A stretch of 64,000 nt of DNA from Setoptus koraiensis. Lineage: Eukaryota > Animalia > Arthropoda. The stretch spans positions 5,890,001-5,954,000 of the forward strand of contig CM106585.1 in assembly GCA_048013815.1 (NCBI GenBank). The letters are read 5' to 3'. The notes below the pieces were generated by a model. That model had not been told where the DNA came from. It did not search any database and worked only from the letters and a program-made list of their open reading frames with translations. Of the stretch, positions 42,341-54,836 are shown one piece after another (the stretch's first letter is position 1; the number at the start of each line of letters is the position of its first letter). The position numbers and the translations under genes were made by a program.

Positions 42341-42892
42341 AGCAACTGAGCAATATGGCGCCTCGCATTGTCGACTACAAGCACGTGCTGGTGGCCAAAC
42401 TGGGCGAAACTATTATCTTGCCGTGCATAGCCCAAGGTTCGCCCACGCCTCAAATCAACTGGAGTAGGTGGCCTCAAACAGGGGACAACAGCAACAACAA
42501 CAATGCCAACGTCTTATTTGATCCTCTGGTCAACGTGAACTCAGTCCAAGAAACGAGCGGCTCCGTTTTCGAGCAGCCACTGGCCACCTTTTTGGGGCTC
42601 GCCGGCTCGGCGATGGCCGCGTCGAAGTCAGCATCGTCCAGTCTGGCATCGCTCAACTATTCGGCAGTGATGTTTTTATCGCAACAGCAACAACAACAAC
42701 AACAATCACCCCTTTTCGACGCTCCAAAAACCGCTAGCACATCCAATAGTGCCCAAGCTATTAGACATTACGTAATTAATGGCAACTCGTTAGTGATAAA
42801 ACAAGTTCAATTGACAGATAGTGGCAAGTACCGTTGCGTGGCCAACAATTCGCTGGGAACGCAATTTGTCGAGACACAATTGGTGGTTGCAG
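42341..42892 (+). CDS. Dscam: Dscam exon, Ig3 with a long insertion
   Basis: APRIVDYKHVLVAKLGETIILPCIAQGSPTPQINW...NSLVIKQVQLTDSGKYRCVANNSLG. Acceptor ATTAG, donor AG|GTGAGT, 552 nt, phase 1-1. Confidence 0.92.
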
Positions 42893-42998
42893 GTGAGTAT
42901 TTATATTGGCTATTTGTTTGCACGATGCTCAACAACAACAACATAAACTAATTAGCTGATTCGTTGCGTAACTAACCAATCGTTAATTGTAATTGCAG

Positions 42999-43721
42999 CG
43001 CCCGTAAGTGTGGCCGTTGAGCCAAACAAGGAATACATTACCGATGTGGGCAGACAAGTTCGCTTCAATTGCATAATCAGAGGCTACCCTATCAATCAGG
43101 TGAGGTGGCTCAAGAACGGCAAAGAGCTTATTTTGGGGCCCGTGTCACCGTTGCGTGCCTCTCATCAGTCTACTGTTAGTGATCATTATCTGTCGGCCAG
43201 TGGTGCCGACAACAACGCCATTGCCAACGCCAACAACAACGAACAACAATCAATAACAAATCTACTGTTAGATAATAGTAACACATTAGCCAACAGTCAA
43301 CAACAACAATCGGTGGTGAGCTCAACAACAACAGGCAACGGCGAAATAATCGTCCAATGGCTCGGTGCTGTAGGCGACTCTAACGACGATCTAGATCAAA
43401 TACTCATGGCCAACAATGGCAACACAAATGGCGATCTTATGGGGCCCAATTTACTCAATGCAAACATGGCTAATCGGGCCAAAATTAGGCAACAACAGCC
43501 CACAACAAATAGCCAATCGTGGTCATCGGCAGCCCCCACAACAACAGCGTCCATTTATGCAAACACTCAGCAGGGCATGCGAGCAACAACAGCAAATTTG
43601 CCCCTCTACTTATATCAATTGGTCATATCCAATGTGAAACGTACCGATCGAGGTATCTACCAATGTGTTGCCCAAAACATGTATTCGTCCGCGCAAGCAA
43701 GTGCCCATTTGCTGTTGAAAG
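42999..43721 (+). CDS. Dscam: Dscam exon, Ig4 with a long insertion
   Basis: APVSVAVEP...VGRQVRFNCIIRGYPINQVRWLKNG...LVISNVKRTDRGIYQCVAQN...AQASAHLLLK. Branch-like ACTAAC, acceptor TGCAG, donor G|GTGAGT, 723 nt, phase 1-1. Confidence 0.92.
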
Positions 43722-45114
43722 GTGAGTGAAAAACAACAAACAGCATGACATTTTCAATTTCAAACCTCATGATTCGGAGCCATCGACTTGCGAAAATTCC
43801 AGAGTGTTTACGTCAAACAAGTTGTTTGAAACAAAGCTCAAATATCGTGTAAAAATAGACGTAAAAATATTTTTTGAAATATTTTCCATTTATTTTTTTT
43901 TTCAAAAAAATAACTCGTTCGAGTTTCTGTCACAACAAACTAGCATGGGAATTTTCCAGTACACATGCACTGCTGCTAAGTTATTTTCTGATGGCTCACG
44001 AGTTGTTTGCATGTTTGAAATATCGACATTTCGCTCTGACTTTTTTCTACGTCTGGCAGCAAAGTGGGCCCCAAACTTCCATTGCACTGCAACAGGTTAC
44101 CTGATCTCGGTTGGAAAAAACCTCTCTGTATCTTCTATCAGGGAGCTGTTTTCTACTCACGAAATGACATTCGGGGACCCCACAGATTGATTCGGGATGG
44201 CAATTATGCCCAATCTCGTGTTGTCTTGACTACAAATCAGTCATTAGTAGGGCTAGCATAATCGGTGGTTATTTCGAACGAAAATCAGTGCCAACGACGC
44301 TGCATTTCGGTGTTTCCAGCGCCTCTCGTTGAAAACTCGATTTCCACCAAAAATTTTGGAAAAAAATCCGCTAGGGCTGCTCGGATGGCGGGAAAAATGC
44401 ACGGTCAAGGCTAGCGATCTCCATCGTTTTGTTTCAGCGGAAACCCTGAAAATTCGGCGTTCCTGCTGGATAGAAATTGCCTAAAAAACTATCCAGAAAA
44501 GTATTCTCTATGGAAATCGGCCCAATCGCTCATTCATTATAATAGCGGCAACGATTTTGCTAGCCGCAGCCATTGGCAAGCGAAAAAGCACTGACTAGTC
44601 GGACAGTATCAGACTTTTGGCGATATCAACCTCCGCAGCTTGTTCAAACATTTTTTTTCCGAAACAAACGATCAAACACGGATCGGCTCATAATAGTCGA
44701 TGTTCTTCCAACGACAGACAAACGCGAAAATTGCTTCCATTTTGTTTCACTCGGTCCTGGCATCGTCGCTTCACAATGGCTGCCAGAAAGTTATTTACAG
44801 GCGAGTTGTATGGCAGTCTAGACTGGCTATATTTTCACGAATATCTGACGTTGTTCTCTCTATCTGCGTGTCTGCAATGGAACGCAACTCATGGCGACCG
44901 ACGATGGCTGAATTCCTGACTAAAGATAGAATTTTCGAGGTTGCTACCATCAACAAACAATATCTGCACGCTGTCTATCTGACGAAATGTGTAGCGATGA
45001 CGATAGTATAAATAGCGAGCAACATCGATCAGGTGACACGCAATTGTAACTGCTATTCAAAGCAATAGCAGAAACCATTTTTCCGTTTCGGATAATAATT
45101 AAAAATTAATCACG

Positions 45115-45339
45115 ATGAAAAACGCAATACAATGGGCTTGTCTGATGCTCTTAGTGCTGATTGGTCTGTTTGGTTCTGAGGCCTCTGCTTGGCCCTGGTC
45201 CAAGAACGCCGACGACGACGACGACGATTACAACCCGCCACCGCCACCTTCACCGGACTACGACCCTCCTTCACCACCGCTCACCAAGAGCCTCTTTGCT
45301 GGCCTTCCGGGTGTCTACAACGGAAACACAGGAGATTAA
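45115..45339 (+). CDS. Small secreted peptide, array unit 1 (subfamily A), 74 aa
   Basis: Signal peptide MKNAIQWACLMLLVLIGLFGSEASA, mature region with poly-Asp, poly-Pro and PDYDPP. TATAAATA at 45007, AATAAA at 45511. Confidence 0.85.
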   Translation: MKNAIQWACLMLLVLIGLFGSEASAWPWSKNADDDDDDYNPPPPPSPDYDPPSPPLTKSLFAGLPGVYNGNTGD

Positions 45340-46557
45340 GATTAATTACCGACAAGTTTCGTCGCATTCCGTATTACATTGGAAACGCTAGCCCAATTTG
45401 TTGAAAAACACGCGTAGACACAATCTACGCCGGCATGTCAGTGTTTGGAATACATTGGTTAGATTGATCGAACTTATATAATTACAATGATCATAATGAA
45501 TGCCGATCTAAATAAAGGTGCTGAATAAATAGATATTGCTCGGTAGAAGAACAGTCTCTCATTTGAGCTTCTAATGCTGACTGATATCGTATAAGGAGAG
45601 GCAGTTTATGAGCACAACTTGGCGTAGTTGTTGATTGATATTTTAGCTAGCTCCAACCAGAGGCCCCATGAAAACAGAATCTCGAAGATAACAATGATTT
45701 GTCATCCACGCATGACGTGCGGATACATGAGATTGTATCACAAATCGTTGATTTTTGAGTGCTTATTAGAACAAGCTCATAAAAATAGATTTTCCCTGGG
45801 ACAATTTTTCAACGATAGACAAACATGAAAATTTTCCCATGTTGTTGCAAGGGTCCCCGAGTTGTCGCAAAGTTTGATCTTTTTTGTTCACCAGAGTTGT
45901 TCTAAAAGTTATTTAAAGCTTGTTGACTTTTAGATGTTTCGTCGAGCGTTGCTGTACATATATTCGCTTGGTTCTCCTGTCGGCAATGGAGCACGGTTCC
46001 ATCATGGCTTTCGTTCATTCAAATCTATCCAATGATATGACTTTTGGTGATATCAACCTCCTGAAACGACCAGTTTGCAGCATGTTCAAACATTTTTTTT
46101 CCGAAACAAACGATCAAACACAGATCGGCTCATAATAGTCGATGTTTTTCCATCGACAGACAAACGCGAAAATTGCTTCCATTTTGTTTCACTCGGTCCT
46201 GGCATCGTCGCTTCACAATGGCTGCCAGAAAGTTATTTACAGGCGAGTTGTATGGCAGTCTAGACTGGCTATATTTTCACGAATATCTGACGTTGTTCTC
46301 TCTGTCTGCGTGTCTGCAATGGAACGCAGCTCATGAGAACTATGCGATGGTCGAATTCCTGACTAAAGATCGAATTTTCAAGGTTGTTATTGTCAACGAA
46401 CAATATCTGCACGCTGTCTATCTGATGATATGTGTAGCGATGACGATAGTATAAATAGCGAGCAACATCGATCAGGTGACACGCAATGGTAACTGCTATT
46501 CAAAGCAATAGCAGAAACCATTTTTCCATTTCGGATAATAATTAAAAATTAATCACG

Positions 46558-46785
46558 ATGAAAAACGCAATACAATGGGCTTGTCTGATGCTCTTAGTGC
46601 TGGTTGGTCTGTTTGGTTCTGAGGCCTCTGCTGGCTGGTGGCCCGGGTCCAATAACGACGACGATGACGATTACAACGCGCCACTGCCGCTACCGCCAGA
46701 CTACGACCCTCCCGAGCCTTCGCTCGCCCAAAGCCTCTTCAGGGACCACCCGGGTGTCATCAAGATGGACCCAGATTGGGATTAG
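46558..46785 (+). CDS. Small secreted peptide, unit 2 (subfamily A), 75 aa
   Basis: Signal peptide 24/25 identical to unit 1. TATAAATA at 46450, AATAAA at 46979. Confidence 0.85.
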   Translation: MKNAIQWACLMLLVLVGLFGSEASAGWWPGSNNDDDDDYNAPLPLPPDYDPPEPSLAQSLFRDHPGVIKMDPDWD

Positions 46786-47445
46786 TGGTAAAACAACAAT
46801 CAGTTACCAACAAGTTTCATTGCATTTCGAATGACATCAGAAACGCTAGCCCAATTTGTTGAAAAACACGCCAGACACAATCTAGTCGGCCAGTCGGTCA
46901 GTAATGTCAGTGTTTGGAATATATTGGTTAGAGCAATCGAGCTTATACAATAACACGATTGTAATGAATGACGATCTGAATAAAGATACTGATTGAGTAA
47001 ACGAGAGTCGAAACTTCCTCGGCGACAAACGAACGTGAAAATTTTCCATGCTGGTGCAGGGATGCCCCAATTGCCGCCTAGGCGACAACTTGGCCTCTCC
47101 TTGCCTAGATTGTGTAAAAAGTTATTTGAGGCTTGCTGACTTTTAGATCTGTTTCGTATGTCGTTGTTTTACATCCATCTTCAATTGTCTGTCAGCAATG
47201 GAGCGTAGCTCCATCACTTCGTTCATCGAAATCTATTCAATGACGTAAGATGGAATTCGCAGAGTTGTCATTGCCAACAGACAATATCTGGATGTTGCCA
47301 ATGGAAAATGTATAGCGATGGTAGCAAGAAAAAGTATAAATAGTGAGCATCGTTGATCAGGTGACTCGCAGTTGAAATTGTTATTCGGAGCAATAACAAA
47401 CGCTAGATATTTATCCAGTCCGATAATAATTAAAAATTAATCACT

Positions 47446-47676
47446 ATGGCAAGCGTAATACAATGGGCTTGTGTGATGCTCTTAGTGATGGTTGGTTTGT
47501 TTGGAGCTCTGGCCTCTGCTGTCGGGTCCGTTTATGACGACGATGCGCAAGCTTCGGACATCTACACTCCTAAAACATCGCTTGGACAAAAACTCTTTGG
47601 TGCCCATGCCGAGGCTCAAAAGAAGAAGAAGGAAAAAAGGGAACAAGACGAGAAGAATTTTGGCAGCGCGTGGTAA
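47446..47676 (+). CDS. Small secreted peptide, unit 3 (subfamily A), 76 aa, Lys/Glu-rich tail
   Basis: Signal MASVIQWACVMLLVMVGLFGALASA. TATAAATA at 47335, AATAAA at 47853. Confidence 0.83.
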   Translation: MASVIQWACVMLLVMVGLFGALASAVGSVYDDDAQASDIYTPKTSLGQKLFGAHAEAQKKKKEKREQDEKNFGSAW

Positions 47677-48258
47677 GAAAGCGATTAATCAATAACAATT
47701 TTCATCGCATTTCGTATAACATGCGAATCGGTAGCCCGATTTGATGAACAGCACGCGCGTACACAATCTTGCCGGCATGTCATTGTTAGGAGAAGTGTGG
47801 TTAGATTGATCGAACTTATATAATTACAATGATTATAATGAATGCCGATCCGAATAAAGGTGCTGATTAAATAGATATTGCTCGGTAAAAAAACAGTCCC
47901 TCATTCGAGCTTTTAATGCCGACTGCTATTGTCGTATATAAAATTTTCGTGTTGGTGCAAGGGTCTGCGAATTGTCGCACAAGCGACAACTTGGATCTTT
48001 TTGTTCAACTGGGTAGTGCAAAAAGTTATTTAAAGCCTGTCTGTTGACTTTCAGATCTTTTTCGCCTGTCATTGTTTGCATCCAGCCTCTTGGTTTGTCC
48101 GAATGACGCGAGATCCCATCATATACAGTTATTGACAGCGAGAAAACTAGTATCGGTAGTGAGGGTCTCTGATCAAGTGAGTTGCATTTGTTTTTGTTAT
48201 TCGGAGCAACAATCACTAGATATTTTTCCAGTAAGATAATAATCAAAAATTATTCGCG

Positions 48259-48519
48259 ATGCCAAACGTAATGCAATGGGCCGGCATGATGGTTTTAGTG
48301 ATGGTTGGTTTGATCGCTACTCTGGCTTCTGCTGATTACCTGATGATTGACGGGGGCGTTGAGGCACCGCCGGGTTACGACTATCGCACAGGAACATATC
48401 CCGATGGCTACTTTAGTCACTTGCCTAATTGGGACGATAAGGCGCCAGCGGACGACAAATCTGCGAAACCATCGCTCGTCAAAAGACTCTTTGGACGCCA
48501 TCAGAAGGAAACAGATTAG
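48259..48519 (+). CDS. Small secreted peptide, unit 4 (subfamily A2), 86 aa
   Basis: Signal MPNVMQWAGMMVLVMVGLIATLASA. The TATA position reads TATCGGTA (48151). AATAAA at 48702. Confidence 0.82.
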   Translation: MPNVMQWAGMMVLVMVGLIATLASADYLMIDGGVEAPPGYDYRTGTYPDGYFSHLPNWDDKAPADDKSAKPSLVKRLFGRHQKETD

Positions 48520-49488
48520 TAAAATAACAACCAACAAGCAACAATATTTTTCATGGCATATCGAATAACATCAGAAACGGTAGCCCAATTTGTTGAACAG
48601 CACACGCGTACACAATCTTGCCGGCATGTCATTGTTAGGAATACAGTGGTTAGATTGATCGAACTTATATAATTACAATGATTATATTGAATGCCGATCT
48701 AAATAAAGGTGCTGAATAAATAGATATTGCTCGGTAGAAGAACAGTCTCTCATTTGAGCTTCTAATGCTGACTGATATCGTATAAGGAGAGGCAGTTTAT
48801 GAGCACAACTTGGCGTAGTTGTTGATTGATATTTTAGCTAGCTCCAACCAGAGGCCCCATGAAAACAGAATCTCGAAGATAACAATGATTTGTCAGCCAC
48901 GTATGACATGAGGATACATGAGATTGTATCACTAATAGTTGATTTTTGAGTGCTTATTGGAACAGGCTCATAATTTATGAGTCATAAAAAAAGATTTCCG
49001 CGGGGAAAATTTTTTCAACGATGAACAAACATGAAAACTTTTCCATGCTGTTGCGAGGGTCTCGGAGTTGTAGCATGAGCGACTAGCTGGATCTTTTATG
49101 TTCACCTGAGTTGCGTCAGAAGTTATTTTATGCTTGTTGACTTTTAGATCTGTTTCGTCTGGCATTGTTTTACATGTATTCACTTGGTTTGTCTGTCTGC
49201 AATGGAACGAGGTACCATCACGACTTTCGTTCACTGGAAATGATCTCATGACTAAGAATGGAATTTGCAGAGCTGTTGCTTTCAGCAAACAATATTCGTA
49301 TTGTCTGTCTGCAGAATGTATACTATACATTTGTATTGAATTGCATAGTGACAGGCCGAGAGAAAATAAGAATAAAAGGTGAGCGTCTCTGATCAAACCA
49401 CAACCAGTTGCAATTGAGATACAGCAGCTCTAGAGCCATACTATAGATCCAATAGATTTCATCGGACAAAAATAACAAAGAAGTAAAC

Positions 49489-49662
49489 ATGAACGTCATG
49501 CGAGCTGCAGGATTCCTCCTTTTGGCGGTTATTGCCCTATTCGGGTCACTGGTCAAGGCTGGTAATGACGACCAACCTGCTCCCACATTTAACCCCAGAT
49601 TCCATAAATTGCAATTCCGAGACTTACCCCCCGTTTCGTTCGATGATTATAAAAAAAACTGA
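49489..49662 (+). CDS. Small secreted peptide, unit 5 (subfamily B), 57 aa (below the ORF-track cutoff)
   Basis: Manual translation MNVMRAAGFLLLAVIALFGSLVKAGNDDQPAPTFNPRFHKLQFRDLPPVSFDDYKKN*. The TATA position reads AATAAAAG (49371). AATAAA at 49775. Confidence 0.8.
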   Translation: MNVMRAAGFLLLAVIALFGSLVKAGNDDQPAPTFNPRFHKLQFRDLPPVSFDDYKKN

Positions 49663-50909
49663 TCAGCGTGAGCAGTTTTTTCCGATAGCAGCAACATCCG
49701 CTTAAATAGTTTGAAACTACCCTGAAAACTGATCGAACTAATATAATTACACGATTATAATGAATGCCGATCTAAATAAAGATGCTGAGCAAACAAAGAT
49801 TGCTCGGTAAGAGGAAGTTCTTTCATTCGAGTTCTCGGTGCTTTTCTGATGCCGACCGCTATTGCTCCATCATTTCCGTTCGGCCTTGATTCGGTTTCGG
49901 TTGGGTCAGAAAGTTAGTCGTTGTTTTATAGTTTTTTTATTGAGTTCGTGATAACTACGGTTCTAAATCAAATGAAACATGGCCAGATCTAGAGTGAACC
50001 TCTTATTCATAATCGACAATCTTTCGTTCCAGGTCCGACAGATTTGTCTCGGTACTTGATACTTCGGTCGAAAGCCATCAAGTGTCCGGACGAACTATCA
50101 CGGCCACTTATCAGAACCGCAAGTAGCCTCGCCGCCCGACAGAAAAATTCAACCAAATCGATATTTGATTCAGCATTTCGGTTGATTGTTCGTATGGCCC
50201 ATGTTCGAGGACAGTATATATTTCTACATGCCGGCCTCGAACATGGGCCCCATTTTCCAGCATTACCTTGCCGCTTGATAAGGTATTTATTTACTAGGAC
50301 CCATTGAGTTAGAACCACTGAGATCACAAGATACATCAGAATAACCGAAGGTGACGTAGTCCCAGGTACTTGTTTTTCCGAACATTTTCTCGTGAACAAA
50401 CTAAAGTTTTTGTGTACTTAAGGGAACAAGCTCATAAAAATAGATTTTCCCTAGGAAAATTTTTTCAACGATAGACAAACATGAAATTTCTCCCATGTTA
50501 TTGCAAGGGTCCCCGATTTGTCGCAAAGTTTGATCGTTTTTGTTCACCTGAGTTGTGTCGAAAGTTATTTAAAGCTTGTTGACTTTTAGATCTGTTTCGT
50601 CGAGCGTTGCTGTACATATATTCGCTCGGTTCCCCCGTCGGCAATGGAGCACGGTTCCATCACGGCTTTCGTTCATTGAAATCTATCCAATGACGATAGA
50701 TGGAATTTACAGAGTTGTTATTGTCGACAAACAATACCTGCATGTTGTCTATTTAGCGAAATGTTTAGCGAGAAATGGCGGAGAGAGAGCGAGAGAAAAA
50801 GTATAAATGGTGAGCATCTTCGATCAGACGACATGCAATTGTAACTGCTATTCAGAGCAATAGCGGAAATAAGATATTTATCCAGTCGGATAATAATTAA
50901 AAATTAATC

Positions 50910-51080
50910 ATGATGAAAAACGCACTGCAATTGGCTTGTCTGATGCTCTTAGTGCTGGTTGCTCTGTTTGGTGCTCGGGCCTCTGCTGACTGGTCGGATG
51001 ATGACGACGATGCGCCACCGCCTACGAACTACAACCCACCTCAAATGTCATTTGTCGATATTTTTGCCCGTGGCCCTTAG
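50910..51080 (+). CDS. Small secreted peptide, unit 6 (subfamily A), 56 aa (below the ORF-track cutoff)
   Basis: Manual translation MMKNALQLACLMLLVLVALFGARASADWSDDDDDAPPPTNYNPPQMSFVDIFARGP*. TATAAATG at 50802, AATAAA at 51153. Confidence 0.82.
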   Translation: MMKNALQLACLMLLVLVALFGARASADWSDDDDDAPPPTNYNPPQMSFVDIFARGP

Positions 51081-51614
51081 GGTCGGTAACATGGATCAAG
51101 GTTATAATTACATGATTATAATAAATTCTGATTTACATAAAAATGCTGACTGAATAAAGTAAAGTTGAAATTTCGTTAGCAAGAAACAAATATGCATTTT
51201 CCCATGTTGTTGCAAGGGTCCCCGAGTTGTCACCAAGTTGGATCTTTTATGTTCACCTGGGTTGTGTCAAAAGTTATTTAAAGCTTGTTGACTTTTAGAT
51301 CTGTTTCGTCGAGCGTTCTTTTACATATATTCGCTTGGTTACCCTGTCAGCAATGGAGCACGGTTCCATCACGACTTTCGTTCATTGAAATCTATCCAAT
51401 GACGATAGATGGAATTTACAGAGTTGTTATTGTCGACAAACAATACCTGCATGTTGTCTATTTGGTGAAATGTGTAGCGATGGCGGGGAGAGAGCGAGAG
51501 AAATAGTATAAATGGTGAGCATCTTTGATCAGACGACTCGCAATTGTAACTGCTATTCAGAGCAATAGCATAAATAAGATATTTATCCAGTCGTATACTA
51601 ATTAAAAATCAATC

Positions 51615-51815
51615 ATGATGAGAAACGCATTGCAATGGGTCTGCATGGTGCTCTTAGTGCTAGTGGGTTTGTTTGGTGGTCAGGCCTCTGCTGGCTTTTG
51701 GAGCAAGGCTAAGGACGACGATAATGCGCAACCGCTGCCAGCATCGGACTCCGACGCTCCTGAACCATCGATCGGCCAAGGAATCTTTAAAGGCTTTGGG
51801 TTGGCCCAGCCATAA
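51615..51815 (+). CDS. Small secreted peptide, unit 7 (subfamily A), 66 aa
   Basis: Signal MMRNALQWVCMVLLVLVGLFGGQASA. TATAAATG at 51507, AATAAA at 51949. Confidence 0.84.
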   Translation: MMRNALQWVCMVLLVLVGLFGGQASAGFWSKAKDDDNAQPLPASDSDAPEPSIGQGIFKGFGLAQP

Positions 51816-52313
51816 GAATGAGATGATTCGAATAACATGAGAGGCGCTAACTAAATTTTTCGAAAGACACCGCATGCACAGTCATGCTGGTATTGTTAGG
51901 AATAGATTGGTTAGACTGTTCGAATATAATTACATAAATGCCGATTCAAATAAAATTGCTTCATGAATAAACAAGAGTTAGAATTTCCTCTGCGACAAAC
52001 AAACGTGAAAACTTTTCAGGTTGGTGCAAGGGTCTGTAAATTGTCGCACAAGCGACAAATTGGATCTTTTTTCTTCAACTGGGTAGTGCACAAAGTTATT
52101 TAAAGCCTGTTCGCCGATTTTTAGATCTGTTTCGTCTGGCTTTTTTTTACATATATTCTCTCGGTTTGTCCGAATGCAATGACGCGAGTTTTCATCACAT
52201 ACAGTGATCGGTAGTGAGCGTCTCTGATCAATTGAGTTGCATTTGTTTTTGTTATTCGGAGCAACAATCACTAGATATTTGTCCAGTAGTATAATAATCA
52301 AAAATTATTCGCG

Positions 52314-52574
52314 ATGCCAAACGTAATGCAATGGGCCGGTATGATGCTCTTAGTGATGGTTGGTTTGATTGGTGCTCTGGCTTCTGCTGACCTAATGATT
52401 GACGGGGGCGTTGAGCCGCCGCCCGACTACGACCCTTCTCGGCCAACCTATCCCCGAGGCCTCTTTGGTGGCTTGCCTTATGACGACGATGCGCCGGCGC
52501 CATCGGACTACGAATCTCGTAAACCATCGCTCGCCCAAAGACTCTTTGGTCGCTATAGGAGACGTACAGCGTAG
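52314..52574 (+). CDS. Small secreted peptide, unit 8 (subfamily A2), 86 aa
   Basis: Closest paralog of unit 4 (MPNVMQWAGMM, LMIDGGVE, KPSL..RLFGR). The TATA position reads GATCGGTA (52206). AATAAA at 52740. Confidence 0.82.
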   Translation: MPNVMQWAGMMLLVMVGLIGALASADLMIDGGVEPPPDYDPSRPTYPRGLFGGLPYDDDAPAPSDYESRKPSLAQRLFGRYRRRTA

Positions 52575-53873
52575 TAAAATAACAATTAATCAACAACAAT
52601 TTTCATCGAATTTCGAATAACACGAGGGACGTTAACGGCTAGCTCAATTTTTTGAAAAACACGGATATACACAATGTTGCCGGCATTTGATTGCTACTAG
52701 CAATTTGCTAGAAAAAAATTGGTTTGACTGATAGAACTGAATAAATAAATATTGCCCCCAAAAGAACAGTGCCTCATTCGAGCTCTCTCTGCTATTGTCT
52801 ATAGTTGTTATAGTTTAGCGAAAGGCGCTTGACAAGAACAACTTGGCGCAATCATCGATTGATATTTTCTGTCTCAAATTGGAGGCCCCTTTACAACACA
52901 ATTTCGACCATAGAAATGATTTGTCACCCGCTATACATGAGAGCGATACATGAGATTGTTTCTAGGGTGATGTCTAATGACAGATGGTTGATTGGACAAC
53001 GGTGCCAGTGAGTGAGTGGGACCGAAAATGCCCAACCGTTCGTTTCCACCATTTCCGTGCCGAATTCGGCTTCGACTTGGTTTCGGTTAGGTCCGAGAGT
53101 CGATTGTTATTTTAGGTTGAAAGCTATCAAATTTCCGAATGGACTATGGCATCGTCCGGCAGAATAAATTTGACCGAATGAGTCGATTCTCTATAGATAT
53201 ATGATTGTACTCCGACATGTTGCTCTCGAACATAGGCCTCATTTTTCAGCATTACCTTATCGCTTGATAGGGTATTTATTTACACTGGGTCCATTGAGTT
53301 AGAACCACTGAGATCACAAGACACGTCAGAATAACCGAAGCTGACGTAGTCCGAGGTATTTGTTTTTTCGAACATTTTCTCGTAAACAAACTAAAGTTTT
53401 TGTGTCCTTATTGGAACAAGCTCATAAAAATAGATTTTCCCTGGGAAAATTTTTTCAACGGTAGACAAACATGAAATTTTCCCATGTTGTTGCCAGGGTC
53501 CCGAGTTGTAGCATAAGCGACAAGTTGGATCTTTTTTGTTCACCTGAGTTGTGTCAAAAGTTATTCAAAGCTTGTTTACTGAATTTTGGATCTATTTCGT
53601 CTGTCAATGCTTTACATATATTCTTTTGGTTTGTCTGTCTGCAATGGAACGAGGCACCATCGTGACTTTCGTTCACTAGAATTGATCTCATGACTAAGAA
53701 TGGTATGTAGGGAGTTGCGGTTGAATTGTATAGTGACAGGCAGAGAGAAAATTGGTATAAATAGTGAGCGTCTCTGATCAAACGACAACCAGTTGCAATA
53801 GAGTTAAAGCAAATTCAAAGCAATACAATAAATTTAACCGATTTAGTCAGACAAAAACAACAAAGAAGTAAAT

Positions 53874-54083
53874 ATGCGAGCAGCAGGATTCATTCTTTTG
53901 GCAGTGGTAGCCCTATTCGGCTCTCTGGTCCAGGCTGATTACCCCAATTATTTTGCATTCAATGGCTATGCAGACAACACCCCAGACCAACCTGGCCCCA
54001 CAGCTAATCCTAGATTCGGATCTTCCCTGTTTGGTGGTCTCCCAAACACCTATGATTACCCACACTATGAAGATGATAAATGA
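53874..54083 (+). CDS. Small secreted peptide, unit 9 (subfamily B), 69 aa
   Basis: Signal MRAAGFILLAVVALFGSLVQA. TATAAATA at 53756, AATAAA at 54216. Confidence 0.85.
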   Translation: MRAAGFILLAVVALFGSLVQADYPNYFAFNGYADNTPDQPGPTANPRFGSSLFGGLPNTYDYPHYEDDK

Positions 54084-54836
54084 TCTCATCATCGTTAACC
54101 GTATCTTCTGATTGCAGCAACAACATCAGCTCGAACAGTTTGAAAATACCCTATCCCTTAGTCATGTCGCGCGACCTTCGGATTCTTTTGAGACAAATTG
54201 AATCTGAAATGACAAAATAAAAACACAAAAAACATTGATCAATGAAAGAATTTCTCCAACCGTTTGCCCTTCCCGACTTACAATTTTCTAATCGATGGAC
54301 ATACATACGGTATATTCAATTTGTTGTATCTCGCTGCTGACGCAGACAAACGCAGCCGAGAATTGAGCCTCTAGTCTGGGGAGACTTGAACAGAGTTGTT
54401 ATTGTCAACAAACAATATATGCATTCCGTCTATCAGGCGAAATGTATAGCGATTTGTCGCGTAAGTGACAGCTTGGATCTTCTTTGGGTTGTGTCACAAG
54501 TTATTTAAAGCCGGTTGAATTTTAGATCGGTCTCGTCTGGTTTCGTTTCACACAGATATTCTCATGATTGTCTGCCTGCAATCGAGCAAGATACCATGAC
54601 GACGGATGGAATTTACAAAGTTGTTATTTTCGACCAACTATATTTGCATTGTCGCTATGCCGAATGTATACTATGCATTTATACCGAATCGCATAGTGAC
54701 AGACCGGGAGAAAATCAGTATAAATAGTGAGCGTTTCGCATCAAACGACAACCAGTTGCAATAGAGTTACAGCAACTTTATAGCAGTACAATAGATCCGA
54801 TAGATTCAGTCAGACAAAAAAAGTAAAGTAGCAAAC

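Noticed and set aside
42468-42764. Cryptic in-frame intron removing the Ig3 insertion (AG|GTGGCC...TTAG)
   Set aside because: The donor is weak, and removal would leave only about 11 aa between the Trp and the E-strand Leu, too short for the fold. It is not fully excluded without RNA data.
53435-53490. NF-kB, STAT or EBF site calls for the upstream palindromes
   Set aside because: The spacing does not fit the canonical consensus (TTC-N5-GAA rather than N3/N4; TCCC-N1-GGGA rather than N2), so no factor was assigned.
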